A DNA stretch of 63,683 nt, the filler included, from Dimargaris cristalligena (taxonomy: Eukaryota): NCBI GenBank assembly GCA_003614675.1. It is 2 parts of 2 records of this genome, joined end to end, with 100 filler letters (N's around TTAATTAATTAA, not from the genome) between each part and the next. Parts side by side here need not be neighbours in the genome. Positions count along the whole stretch, not along the records: positions 32,091 to 63,683 come from ML002435.1; 1 more part is not named here. One strand, 5' to 3'. The translations under genes were made by a program, and so were the position numbers. How positions within the stretch are numbered: position 1 is the stretch's first letter; every line of letters begins with the position of its first letter. Positions 51,009-62,981 of this stretch are shown piece by piece. Below the pieces are notes generated by a model. The model was not told where the DNA came from. It did no database searches and saw only the letters and a program-made list of their open reading frames with translations.

Positions 51009-54000
51009 TTACTTCACTTTCAGCTGGGCCAAAAGTTGGTCGAGTTCAGCGATGGTGACTTGGTTGCGAGCCTGTTTGCGGGCCTCGCTGTTCAATAAGA
51101 TTGGGATATAAAAACAAATGGAAATATTAGGGGACAATGTCAACATGCTCCGCAAGTAACGGCAGGTGCCCATTGGGTAATTAGTCGTGTTGGGACTACG
51201 ATGATTCTATCCAAAAACAAGTCCTTAAAACAGACATAGACCCCTGGTGTTAGATATCATAAGGGAATCTCTTCAAATATTTACTTACGTGAGCGTGTCG
51301 GCGTCTTTGATGGCAAACGCGGCTTTGCCGGCTTCCCCATATTCCCCAACAGCCAAATACCAGCCAGGACGGGCCTGGGCATCACATTTGGGGATGTAGC
51401 GGAGGGCTTCCCGCGGGTTAAGGGCCTGAATGCATTCCGAAACGAACGGGTCGTACCCAATCGGCGATTTTTTGACTCGGGAGAACTTTTCTAGTTCGGT
51501 CCAGTCCCGTTTGGCTACCAGGGTACGCAGCTTAATGAACCAGAATCGCTTATCGGGAATCTTAAAGTCATTTCGCAGCTGAGCGGCCTTACTCCCTAGC
51601 CCCTGAATCACACACTGGTAGGCGGTTTCGGATATGGACAAACCACGGAATGAGCGGCCGGCCAGCTGCTCGAGGTCCAGCTGCAACTTCACTAGTTTGA
51701 TCTGATCCTCGCATATTTTGGCCTCGAACCCGCGGTCCTTGTCCTCGTGCAGTAATGCCACGGCGGACCGGATTTTGGCCATTTGGCCGTGGGGGTCCTG
51801 GTCAGGGCAGTAGAGCAAAATTGGCGTAATAGAAAAAGTCGCGGAAAATCCCAATAGAAGGGAGGTACACAGACTTAGCATACGGTATTAGTAAACTGGA
51901 ATCTAGGTACAGGTAGGAATGGTTTGGTTAGCCAATTCCCCCGCGACCAGTTTCCTCGTTGATAGTTCGCTCTCCATCGACTACCACTAAACTACCGCCA
52001 GTGGACTTACCGTTTCTTTTAGACTCTCCTGGAGGTCTAAATGGGCGGCATCCAAGCGACAGTCCTCTTGGTAATAAAAGTCCCGGAGCACCTGCCAGCT
52101 CTGTTGGTGTTGGTCGGGCTGGGGGTCCTGGCGGAAAAAGGTCTTGATAAGTGCGGTGGCCTGGGGCGAATGGCTAATGACCCGAAAAAAATCCCCCAGG
52201 GCGTATTGTTTATAAAGGTAAAGTAACACATAGTACATGAGGTCAGCATCCCCGCTCTCCACGGCCTTGCGCAGGGCCAGTTGGTCCTTGCCCATGCTGA
52301 TCAAAAGGGGAACCTGGTCAGCCGCTCGGGGCTCATGCTCCAGGAGCTTAGCCGCCAGTTTCTCGTAACCCAGGTGGCTAGCCGTGTGGGCAATCTCGGC
52401 AAAGGATAGGCTTAGTTTGCCGCCCAATTTCTCCAGAATGACCCGATACAAGGTGTCTTCGTCGTGGGTAGCGGCCTTGATTTTGGCGCAAGCCCAGTTG
52501 ACGTAGACCCGATCGGGATTGAGGGCCAGGTATTTACACATACGCATAGCCAACAAGTGTAGACGACGGTGAATCAGCCGGTCCACCCATTCGTCGGCGT
52601 TGAGGGCGCAGAATTGCCGATAGGTCAAGGGAATGCCCACATCGCTTCCACGGAAGGCGTTAAGAACCCGCAGCAGGCGGCACATGTCCACTAGCTTATT
52701 ACCGTTGTATAGGTCCAGAAAACTCTTTCCGAACGAGGCCGCTTTGAGCAGAGCCCGCTGTTGGTCGGCATTCAGTTCCTCGCCGGCCGCCTCGATCAGA
52801 CGGTCTACGGCCCCGGCCAACTCGGGTTTAATATTACGTACGTTCTCGTCGGCTTTAGGGTTACGTCGCTCATAGAACTCATAGGCATCGTAGAGCATGG
52901 CAGCCGGGGAAGTCGAGCCAATACTGAAGACGTCTTCGGTGGAGGCAGGGACCTTGTGGAAAAATTCGCATTTTTCATCGCTAATGACTCGAACCCCGTC
53001 GATTTCTTGGATCAGGTGGATGGGTCCGAAATAAGGAAAACTAAGGTTATCTCCGAAGGGTCCAACTAGGGTGAGGGTGTTCTCGATGCTAAGGCATACC
53101 GCATCCGTGCCGCACCACACGAGCTGGTGGGGTGGCGATGAATAGGTGGCGTCAATGTGGTACTCGGATAGCTTGTTTTGGAAATCACTCGAGACCACCC
53201 AGACCCGGCCATCATCAAGGTGGAGCCCCAAGAATTTACCGTTGGGTGATACACTCATGGTCCGAATGGGGCCCTCATGGACCAGCTGGTTAGGAAAGGC
53301 ATTGGGGTTGGACAGATGATATCAGGAATATCAAAGGATAATGCCATATTAGCGATTTTGAGGAGTGAGGTTAGAAAATTAGGTGGTGCTGTTTAGGGCA
53401 CTCGCATAGGGGCGAGCCATCTATAGTTGACCAGACAATGAGTAGCGAAACACCTACCTGGTCCTGGACATCCTTGGAATCCACGATAAGGACAGTGGAC
53501 TGCGTGGCCAAATATACTTCAACGTGACGACTCAGCGTCATGTGGGGTGGGATCACGGTCCAGCTGCAGGGCGGGGCACTAAGACCTACGATGGGATATC
53601 GGACGGATATCGTCGGAATATTCGTTATTAAGAAATCAGTTGGTAAATAGGTTTGCTTCTAGTGGTTAATACTAGAATTAATGGTAAATTGCGCTTAAAC
53701 AATGGCCATTGCCCTGAAAGGATGTAATTCGGTAGTCGGTTGTTCTCAATGGAATGAGGGTGAAATATAATAGGTAACTTACCTGGGTCGGCCAGCATAC
53801 GAGGGCGGGGCTCCTGCATACTATTCACGGCAATCAATTTAAAACTTCCGGTAAGCGCGATAAGCCCATTGCCCCAGAACCGGCAGTCGATGACAGACGT
53901 TTCCTTGGCCACCTACCGTCCAAGAGAATGGTCAAGTACGAATAGAATACCGGGCAGAATTTAAGGAGTGTAAATGAATACGGATTCCAAATGGAGCAGG

Positions 54001-55059
54001 TTAAAGGGAACAAGCAGGTTTGTAACTTTAGTCGTGGGTTCCCGTGGTAAATGACGCAATACCACTTGGGGATGCGGTGCTACCTCGCCAGGACAATCCG
54101 TGCCTGCTAGAGTCCTTACCTGACCGAGGGAGAATTGCCGGTATTCACCGTCTAAGCTATACGTTCGGACGGTCCCGTCATTAAGAACGCACACGAGTTG
54201 CTCTTGGCTGTTCCAATCCATGGCCACAACGCGGAAGCCGTCGCACTTGGATGGGAAAGGGATGGTGGTAGAAGGGGAAGGACTGTCAATTAGAATAGAT
54301 TTGTATTCGGGGTGGTATATCCACCGACCTTGGCCAACATTTGCCTAGAAACAATGACAATGGACTGGTCGGTCTATTTTCGCTATTCACAAATAGGCGG
54401 AGTTTCAATGACTAGCGGCCACCTACCTCAATCTGCCCTAGGAGCTTTCCTGACGAGGAATATAGGTAAATGGACAAATCGGTGGTCTGTTGCTGGTTCG
54501 CAACCAATAGTTTTTTGTCGTCCCGGATGAGAGCTATAGTATAACAGAGTCGGGGCATAAGGTTGTTGCATAGTAAATCGACCGTACCAAAGGTAGTAGT
54601 AGGTAAAAGATGAGTGGTCAGGAAGGATTGCGGTTGAACGGAGGACAAGGGCTAGTGGGGTATGCCACCTTTCGGGTGACTGGGGAGTAGGGGGGACTTA
54701 ATACAGTACGGCTTACCTAAAGGGCCGCCAAAGGGGGCCGCAGCGATTTTGAACTTGTCGAGCTGAATATTCCGCCAGCACAGCTCGTACATGGTGTGCT
54801 TGCTAAGTGGGTTTGGGAGTTAGCAGTGTAGGTGGGGGTGGATTGCATTTTACGATGGGGTTAAAACCTGGATTAAGCGATGCCCCGTAGCCTGGACCGG
54901 CTCAATAAATAGGGCAAGCGGCCGAGCCCATTGGGAGGGCTCATTCGAGACAACAGCCCCTCATCCAAGGCTACTGTCCCTTTGAACTTACCGATAAAAC
55001 TTGTCCTGGAGAAGGAGCCAGTCATTGGTCGGATGTGGTAAGTGGCCGGTGGTTGCCAT
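51009..55059 (-). CDS. VPS16: Vacuolar protein sorting 16 (HOPS/CORVET subunit), ~835 aa, 9 exons (55059-54992, 54802-54717, 54533-54427, 54245-54120, 53912-53783, 53585-53458, 53285-52011, 51797-51289, 51087-51009)
   Basis: Motifs PTNDW..DKFYR, AAPFGGPLALIRD, SVSPNGK, QLVWCG, FSIGSTSPAAML, LLKAASFGK, EPRAADQVPLL, FKIPDKRFW, KKSPIGY. The GT-AG exons sum to 2508 nt in frame. Confidence 0.93.
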
Positions 55060-55442
55060 GGTGGAAATGCTGTGACGAATGGAATGGGAGAACTGAAAGG
55101 AACCGGTGCTGGTAGTACGGGACTGGGGCTTAAAATGAGAATTAGGAAATGGAAGCTGTTAGCAATAAAACCAGTATAAGGGGAGGAAAGACCACTGTCT
55201 AATGATTGACTAGTCGCTCGATATACATGTCCCATAACTGGTTAAGCTACCAGTTGGCTCTCTAACGCCATTCCTTATAAGTAAATCGAAGGAAAACGTG
55301 CATGGCCAAGTCCCCTTAAGCTCCTTAATGGCCCTAGCTGATCAACGACCACCAATGGGCGCTTTTTCCCCAAGGGGTGATGGGCAAACCAACATTAATT
55401 TAGCCGGGTGAAACCACGCAGTCCCACATGAAGGGAAGTCCC

Positions 55443-55470
55443 TCCTCTCTCTCTCTCTTTCTCTCTCTCT
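55443..55470. repeat. (CT)n microsatellite
   Basis: Imperfect CT run upstream of VPS16. Confidence 0.85.
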
Positions 55471-56662
55471 GGTGTATCGCACTTGGTCTGAAACGACAAT
55501 AATGACCTGAACCATACCCATGACTCCCTCCAAGTCCAGCGGAATACCCCGGCAAACTCGCTAAGTCGGCCTAATCCGGATTCGGGCAGTGGCCATCGCA
55601 GTAAAGAATTGGATGGTTTGTTTTGTCAGTATTATCAGAATACCGGATCAGTGTTTGGCTTAGAGCAAGTTTAAAGTCACTGCTGTATGGTTTTTAGGAT
55701 TAGGAAGCCATCTATGCTGACCAATTTACTACCCACTACTCATAACATGCCTAGTGGGGCTGCCATTGCACCGTACGTAGAGTGCATCGAATGGGCCAGC
55801 AGTCCCAATAAACTCAACAGCGCCAACAGGCACAGTGTGATATGCCTCCTATATATCCCAAGTCGGTTGAGTACCTTGATGAACTCCACCGCTGCGAGTA
55901 ATAGACCCCTGCACTAAATGGTACATCCCTCAATCTCTGCACCCGTTTGCAAAATAGAAACTATAAAGGTGTAAGTGTACTTTAGTGGAGACAGACCCGC
56001 CAAATGATAGATGCAGGTTGGTTCCCCCAACTCACGGGTGCTGTTTTCCCTACGGGAGGAAATTATCAACGGTGGGCTCCAAGAGCACCGCTTGGTTGGG
56101 GCTAGGCTCTGTGCCAGCTAAATGTTGGCAGGATAGCTGGGGCCATCCAAAAAGGGATATCGGAACCCTATAAATAGTAAGCATACCATCAAGAGCAGCG
56201 GCACCTTCCGCCGATAATTGTGAGTTGATTAGGGACTTCCTAAATAGCCAGCGGCAGGTCGGGTGAAGGACCAGGTAAATGAAGATTATTGGCTAATTGG
56301 ATATCCGTCGGGAATTACCGCACTTACTGACCAACCTGCCCAGCGCAGTTGGTCAACCTATTTCAGCAAAATCTATTAATGGACTGTGACCCTCGACCAA
56401 AAGACCCCGCCCAGAAAACAATCATTTAATAGGGAGGGGGCACCAGCCCCATTGGGCTGGCTAAGGGGTCCCCGTCTGTACCCCTCCCTAGCCGGGCCCC
56501 TAGGGTGGCTTACACCCGACCTATACAACCTGGGGCCCTTGAAGTCAGCAGGAGGGACTTTGGCGATGTATGCCTCTGCTTCGTCTACATTAACTATTGC
56601 CTAGATGGACGGCTCTTTCACCTCCGCAATCTAGGACAGCGGTAGTCTAGCAAGGGGTGGAC

Positions 56663-56669
56663 TATAAAA
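56663..56669 (+). promoter_or_regulatory. Putative TATA box of the DPBB/loosenin-like gene
   Basis: TATAAAA about 245 nt upstream of the ATG at 56911. Confidence 0.45.
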
Positions 56670-56910
56670 GGGAAGACATGGGAAGCCGCTTTAATAGCTC
56701 AGCCAGACTTATCTTAGATAGCTTATCCAACCATCGATTACTTTCCAGCCATTCATTATTAATATCCCCGACGATTGGATTTCAGTTGGTACTAGTACTG
56801 TTTGACCAATTTCGGACTGCCTAATCCCACTGCCTTTGTGGGTCTCCTAATCCCGGTTAATTAACTAATTCACTCATTCATATATCCTCACCAATTCCAC
56901 GTTTTTCCCC

Positions 56911-57646
56911 ATGCGATTTCTTGTGGCTGCCCTTACCTTGGGGGTATTAGTTGGTGCTATCCCCCTACCGGACCATGCTCTGGAACGGCGCCAAGTAGCT
57001 GCACCACCACCAGCCCCAACGGCGCAGCCCGTCCAACCAGGGGTGCAAATTACTGGCCAGGCAACTTTTGAGGTACCGGGCCCTAAGAAGATAGGGTCAT
57101 GCGGCTACGATGTCGAAGAACTTGCCTTCTCCGTCGCCATTGTAGGTTGCACCCGGACCCTCACAGAGGGATATATATAATCATTCTTTCAATTGAGATG
57201 TATCCACCACGGCTACGGTCAGGCCTGATAGTGGACACAGCCGATAAGTTGAGTTTGACCCAGGGGCTTAGGATACCCGGACATTCCCAGGTCTACAACC
57301 ATGGGTTAACCGGGGGAAACAGCAGAAACCGAGGGCTTGTTATATCCAGTGAACTAAACTAACCATCCGAACCCCTGGTGTAATGTTTGATTTATCGCTT
57401 TGGCCTATTCACCAACCACAGAACAAGGCGCAGATGGCAAACGGGCCCAACCCCAACGAGAACCCCAACTGCCGCAAGAGTATGACTGTGCAGTATAACA
57501 ACGTGTCCGTCATGGTCGAAATTACGGACACCTGCGAGAGCTGTCAGCCCGGCGAAATTGTACTGAGCCATTCGGCGGGCTCGCAGCTGGGCCAGGAATT
57601 CGTTAACAAGGGCCGCAACACAGTGGTATGGGTGATCAATTCCTAA
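56911..57646 (+). CDS. Secreted RlpA-like double-psi beta-barrel (expansin/loosenin-like) protein, ~151 aa, 2 exons (56911-57141, 57422-57646)
   Basis: Signal peptide MRFLVAALTLGVLVGA and a Kex2-like LERR site. Motifs GQATF..GSCG, VAI/NKAQM, NPNENPNC, VMVEITDTCESC and a terminal V.W. Phase-0 GTAGGT..ACAG intron. Confidence 0.85.
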
Positions 57647-58665
57647 GACCGCCTGCCTAACTGCTATTCTACCCCTACCTAATCCATCAACCTGCAGTGA
57701 TGTTATCGTTTGCCGAGCCTATTCCTTTTCCTCTGCAATACAGCGTCCTTGGGGTGCTCTGTGTATAATTAATTAAACCAGGCATTCATCAACACTTTCT
57801 GAAATAGAGTATCTTAACCATTATGTTGCCTAGATCATAAACAGACAAATTTCCGGACATGGGGGAATGTTTCGATAAATGGACGGCCAAGTGAAGTGGC
57901 ACTTGGTTTGGGGATAGGTATTTGGATTTGAGCTTGAGGCAGTGGAATCTTTGACATGATCCAGTATATCCCTCCTCCCCGACTCTGAACTGCTACGCCT
58001 TGACCCGATCTGTGTGAGTGGGTGGTGTAGCCAGCATGGTGGATACTTATTGGGGACATGACTGAGTGTAGTCCATTCGTCGACTCTGCAGCAGTTTAGT
58101 CTCACGCAAGGAGGGGCGTCACCAAACCAAACCAATCCAATCCAATCAATAGAGGATGGGATTACGAAGGCGGGCAGCTGGGCTACTAGTAGGAGGACTG
58201 AGCACGACCTATTGGGATCTATAATATGGGGGACCATTGCCATGTGCCAAATGTTTGGGGTAGGGAGGGTGCGGAGGGGGAAACCCCTGGGCGGGTTGGT
58301 TTTGGGCCGTAGAGCCCATCCCGCAATAGGCCTCGGTGGGTTATTAAAAGGCGGGCTAGCTTATTTAATTGAGCGCAAGGCCAGGTCGAGAATCGTCCCA
58401 AGACCAGGTGGGTAGTCATCCCGGGATGTTTGATGCGAACAATATCTTTAGACAGGCCAGGCGATTGATTAGGCGAGGGACGATGCATTAAAGGCGAGGG
58501 GCGGGGTTTGTTTACGGGTTCGCCTGGCTTGAGCTATTGATTGGTACACGGATCCACGTGACTGCCGCCCACCCTATGGGGGTGTGCGGGAATGACGTAT
58601 AATTGTATGCGCTAGAGAATCCGTGGGCTGTGTGTTGTTCGTCCCCTCTATAATATATATATTCC

Positions 58666-58673
58666 TATATAAG
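58666..58673 (+). promoter_or_regulatory. Putative TATA box of the chitinase gene
   Basis: TATATAAG, preceded by an E-box-like CACGTGAC (~58556) and a CRE-like TGACGTA (~58593). Confidence 0.45.
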
Positions 58674-58894
58674 AGAGAGAGAATCAGCCAGCCGTGATTG
58701 TCCCACCACTACCATCGGAACAATAGCCCAACAACCACCGCGCATACATTGACCCTCTAAGTTGGACTGAGGAAGGGTCCAGGCTTGGCGGTGGGAAGAA
58801 GAGGACTGTCACACCAGCCCACTTTCCCTTCCTTCCCTTCCCTTACCTTCCCTGTCCTTCCCCTCCTCTTCCTCCTCATTGTTATAAGCCCACT

Positions 58895-60220
58895 ATGCTG
58901 CTCGCCTTTCTTGCCTACATACTTCAGCTCTTCGCCTTCCCGTTCTCGTCCACCTTCAACCTTCTGTTGCCAACTCCGCCCTTCTCCTACGACCCTTCCT
59001 TGCCCTTTTCCTTCGACCTCGTCCGCCTTGCGCCCTTTCAACCTCCGCTCCCCGAACAAGCCCACACCATGCCCAACCACGGTAAGAAAGTCGTCGCCTA
59101 CTACAGCGGCTGGAACATCTACGGCCGCCAGTTCAAGCCCGAGGACCTCCCCGTGGAGCAACTGACCCACGTCAACTATGCCTTCGCCAAAATTCAAAAC
59201 GGCGAGATTGCCCTGGCCGACCCCTGGGCCGACGTACAGATTCAGCACCCCGGCAACCCCAACTCCGGCCAGGACTTCGCCGGCAATATCAACTATTTGA
59301 CCAACCCCCAGGGCACCATCCGCCGCCGCAACCCCAACCTGAAGGTGCTTATTGCCGTCGGGGGCTGGACCCACTCCGGCGAATTTGCCTCCGTGGCCCG
59401 TACCGACGATTCCCGCCGCCGCTTCGCCCGCTCTGTCGGCCGGTTTATCCGCCACTATAACTTTGATGGTGTCGATATCGACTGGGAGTTCCCCGTTGCC
59501 GGTGGCTTAGCCGGCAATGGCCCTCGCACTGAGGAGGCCCAGAACTTTGTCTCGCTTCTGCAGACCCTGCGGGACGAGCTGGCCGCCGCCGGCGCCGGTC
59601 GTCCGTCTCCCTACCTCCTCACCGCCGCCACCTCCGCCGATCAGCGCGTTTACCGGCACTACCTCTTCCAGGCCCTCAGCCAGTGGGTCGATTTCCTTAA
59701 CGTCATGACCTACGACTTCAAGGGCAAGTGGTCGCAGGCCACTGGTCACCACTCCTGCCTGACCCCCGCTGCCAACGACCCCACCGCTAGCATCTGGACC
59801 TCCATCAACGAGTATCTTGCCGCCGGTGTGCCGCCCCAGAAGATTGTGCTCGGTATCGGCTTCTACGGCCGGGGCTTCGCCAACGTGCAGGCCAGCCCCG
59901 ACAACCCAAGCGGTCTCTTCGTTCCCTTCCAGGGCGTACCCCCCGGCACCTTTGAGGATGGCGTGTTTGACTACCGCCATCTGCGCACCCACCACTTGAC
60001 CAACGAGTCCAGCTTCCAGCGCTTCTGGGACGAATACTCCAAGTCCGTCTCGCTTTACGATCGTGCTTCCCGTGTGTTTATTACCTACGACGACCCCGAG
60101 AGCATCAAGCACAAGTGCGAGCACATCAACCGATTCAACTTGGGCGGTACCATGATCTGGGAGATTGCGGCCGATATTGACAATGAGCTCGTGGGTGCCA
60201 TCAACGCCAACCTCCACTAA
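58895..60220 (+). CDS. Glycoside hydrolase family 18 chitinase (alternative start at 59069)
   Basis: Motifs KVVAYYSGWNIYGR, LTHVNYAFA, DPWAD, LKVLIAVGGWT, catalytic FDGVDIDWEFP, NVMTYD, KIVLGIGFYGRGF, FITYDDPES, LGGTMIWE. Intronless, with strong C-ending codon bias. Confidence 0.97.
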   Translation: MLLAFLAYILQLFAFPFSSTFNLLLPTPPFSYDPSLPFSFDLVRLAPFQPPLPEQAHTMPNHGKKVVAYYSGWNIYGRQFKPEDLPVEQLTHVNYAFAKIQNGEIALADPWADVQIQHPGNPNSGQDFAGNINYLTNPQGTIRRRNPNLKVLIAVGGWTHSGEFASVARTDDSRRRFARSVGRFIRHYNFDGVDIDWEFPVAGGLAGNGPRTEEAQNFVSLLQTLRDELAAAGAGRPSPYLLTAATSADQRVYRHYLFQALSQWVDFLNVMTYDFKGKWSQATGHHSCLTPAANDPTASIWTSINEYLAAGVPPQKIVLGIGFYGRGFANVQASPDNPSGLFVPFQGVPPGTFEDGVFDYRHLRTHHLTNESSFQRFWDEYSKSVSLYDRASRVFITYDDPESIKHKCEHINRFNLGGTMIWEIAADIDNELVGAINANLH

Positions 60221-60975
60221 CTCATTTTTTTCTGCCTGCCTCTCTCACTCACTCCCGGCTTGGATTGGGCCACCAGCCTCTTGTCACTATAAACATCCTT
60301 TCCTTCTTGTCTTTTATTTTTTGTTGACTGGGCTCCCAGCATCCATATATTTCTGGTCCCATTCTATCCGCAACCTCCATTTGCGGTACTCCTCTCCCCC
60401 ATCTTCGTTTCAAGTTACTCTTCTCCTTAATAAAGCGAGTGTACCCTGGTTAGCAGTTGGTTTTAAATACAATCTATAAGGCCCCTCGATGGTGGTAGGG
60501 AAGGGCACCTAATTCCCCTAGAAAAACTTAACCAGATGATAATGTCTCCCCCCCCACTGAGGTGCGTCAACTACCTCTCCCAGATTTCATCAACTGCCGT
60601 GAGCCACACACACAGCAACCTCACAATATTATTTAAAACCAACTCAGTGCAATCACCACAACTCACAGTCCAGAAATATGGCCTGATAGAGTGCCTGGGT
60701 GATTTTATATATTCACCATGATCGGATATACCCTAATGATGGGCCGTAAAGCTTCCCCCTTCGCCCCTACTCAGACAACTCATTCGGTCGGTTATATACC
60801 GCATGCGAAGAGGAGGGGACTCTTAGCCATGGCAATGGATTGACGCTAGTCGATGCCTTTTCTTTCGCTCCCCTTCCAATACTTACCAATTACTTAGTTT
60901 ACTCTTTGTTTAGGCTTTGGCCGACCATTACCGCCCATTCCCCTCCACCTAATTGAACAATTCAGTATATTCGCC

Positions 60976-62981
60976 ATGATGGACGAGATGTTTACCAACT
61001 TGGCCATTCAAACCGTTACCCTGGTTGGCAAGGCGGCTTTTGGGGCCGCTGGTACAATAGCTTTGGTAAGTGTCTGGTTCGACCTTCAATTATTCTCCAG
61101 GCGCAGTCACCACTCCCCCATATATGCATTCCTAACTACACCCAAAGTTATACTGCTGCCGAGCCAATGAAACTAACTACCCCGGCTCGCCTAGCCCACA
61201 CCTCCCCCTATCAATCTACTATGCGCGTGGCGAATATAATGCTTCACGTATGCTTTTGGTGACGGCCGTCTGATTCATAGCGCAAATTTTCCCGATTTAT
61301 CCAGGACGCCCCCACTAAACAAACCCAGCAACTGGAGAAATTGCGGGCCGAATTGGAGCTTCGGCTTAGACTGGTGGTGCCGGCGATTGACTTGGTCGAT
61401 ATTTTGGCCGCCCGGGGTAACTCTTCCCTTACCGCAGTGGTACCCCTCACCACGGATTTACGGACCCAAACGGAGCAGCTTAGTCAGCATTTAGAGCAGC
61501 TCGAGCGCCAAATGTTCTCGAACCAACGGCCCACCAGCCGAACTGACCGGAAATTCGCCTCCCAATTCGAAAACGCCGTCGAGGCACTCCAACAGGAGAT
61601 ACAGGCGCTGTTGGACCGCATTGCCGAGATGGTACCGTTTCTCAATCTCGCCCTCACCACTTCGGGCTGCAACTTAAGTGCCGGGATGTCCTCCAGTATA
61701 TCGCCCGCCCGGCTACTCCAGGCCTCATCGAGCCTGCAGGAGACCCACCATCAGTTTACTGCTTACTCACCGGCACCAACCTCACACCTATCGCCCCAAT
61801 TATCCCCCCAGGCAACTGGGTCTCCCGATTCCTTTCACTCCGTACCCGATCGGCCGGCGTCCAGCGCTGCTCAAGTAACCCGGGCGTTGAGCGGCCTCGT
61901 TTATGCTATCCAGCCTTCGTTCACCCTTACTCTCTATTCCTTATTTACCAGCTCAGTGCGACACAAATCGCGGGACGATTTCACCTGGAAAGAAGAGTTT
62001 CCTAAATGTAAGGGGTTCTTGCAGCGGATACGGTCGCCGGATTTGGCCTACAGCTACGAATTGGTCATTGAAGAGGACCTAAATGACGGCCGTTACCACG
62101 AACATCTAGACGGCCCGGTCAATAATTCAGCCCCCGTTCCGGGCGACCGGCGGGTGTTCCCCGTGACGGATATTGTGCGGCTGCACTATAGCTCGGCGGG
62201 CCAGCTACTCAACATTGAGGATTCCAAGCGACCCGTCCTGGTGATTCAGGTTCAGTTGGGAAGTGGGGACCTGGCACCGAAGCCGCTCGCTTTGGCCTCG
62301 TCCCTAGCCTCTCTGAGCCTAGCCGAATCAGCCACCCCACCCGAGGAATCCGAGTCCGAAGGCGGGAAATCCTCGGGTAGCCGCACCCCTAAGCGCAATG
62401 CGACCATCTCGGGCCTTCGGCCTGCCCCTACCCGGTTCGAATGGCTTGCCCTTCAAATGTACGCGGAGCCTATCCATAGCGATGATGAGGCTGAGAGCGA
62501 GGAGGACGAAGCCGTTGACCCGAAGCGCCCGAGTTCTCCCCTCCCTTGTCGGTCGGGAGCCGCGGGGGGAGGGGGCTCCCACCTAACCGCCGTGGGCACT
62601 CCTGCCAGCCCTCCCTCACCCCTTCTGTTTAGTAATTCTCCTTGGCATAGCCAACTCAGCCTCTTGGAATATTTGCTGCGACTCACTGCCCTTGAAATGT
62701 GTGAGCAAACGCTGCATCTGGATGTATCCGACGAAAAACTATCCCTTTTTCTCCGGGATGACCAGGGGCCAGCCGCTTCCCCGAATGACCCGCAGACCTC
62801 TGGTGACGCTGGCCAACGCCTGAACAGTAGCGGGAGCGTTGCCTGGGATCTTGATCATTCCATACGTAAGTCCTACAGCCGCAACGACACCCCCCTTCGA
62901 GCCGACTACAGTAGCCCACTGGCCCGGCGCCTGGTTGCTCGTAATGATAATAAACTGGACACCCCTCTACGGTATCCCTGA
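60976..62981 (+). CDS. YRB30: RanGTP-binding protein (YRB30-like), ~596 aa, 2 exons (60976-61065, 61281-62981)
   Basis: Motifs MDEMFTNLAIQTV, PAIDLVDILAARGNSSL, VPFLNLALTTSG, ISPARLLQAS, LTLYSLF, TWKEEF, YSYELVIEEDLNDGRYH, GQLLNIED..PVLV, LSLLEYLLRLTALE..HLDVSDEKLSLFL. Phase-0 intron. Confidence 0.88.

Noticed and set aside
58757-60217. Long antisense ORFs (232 and 236 aa) opposite the chitinase
   Set aside because: Shadow ORFs caused by strong C-ending codon bias on the coding strand; no recognisable motifs.
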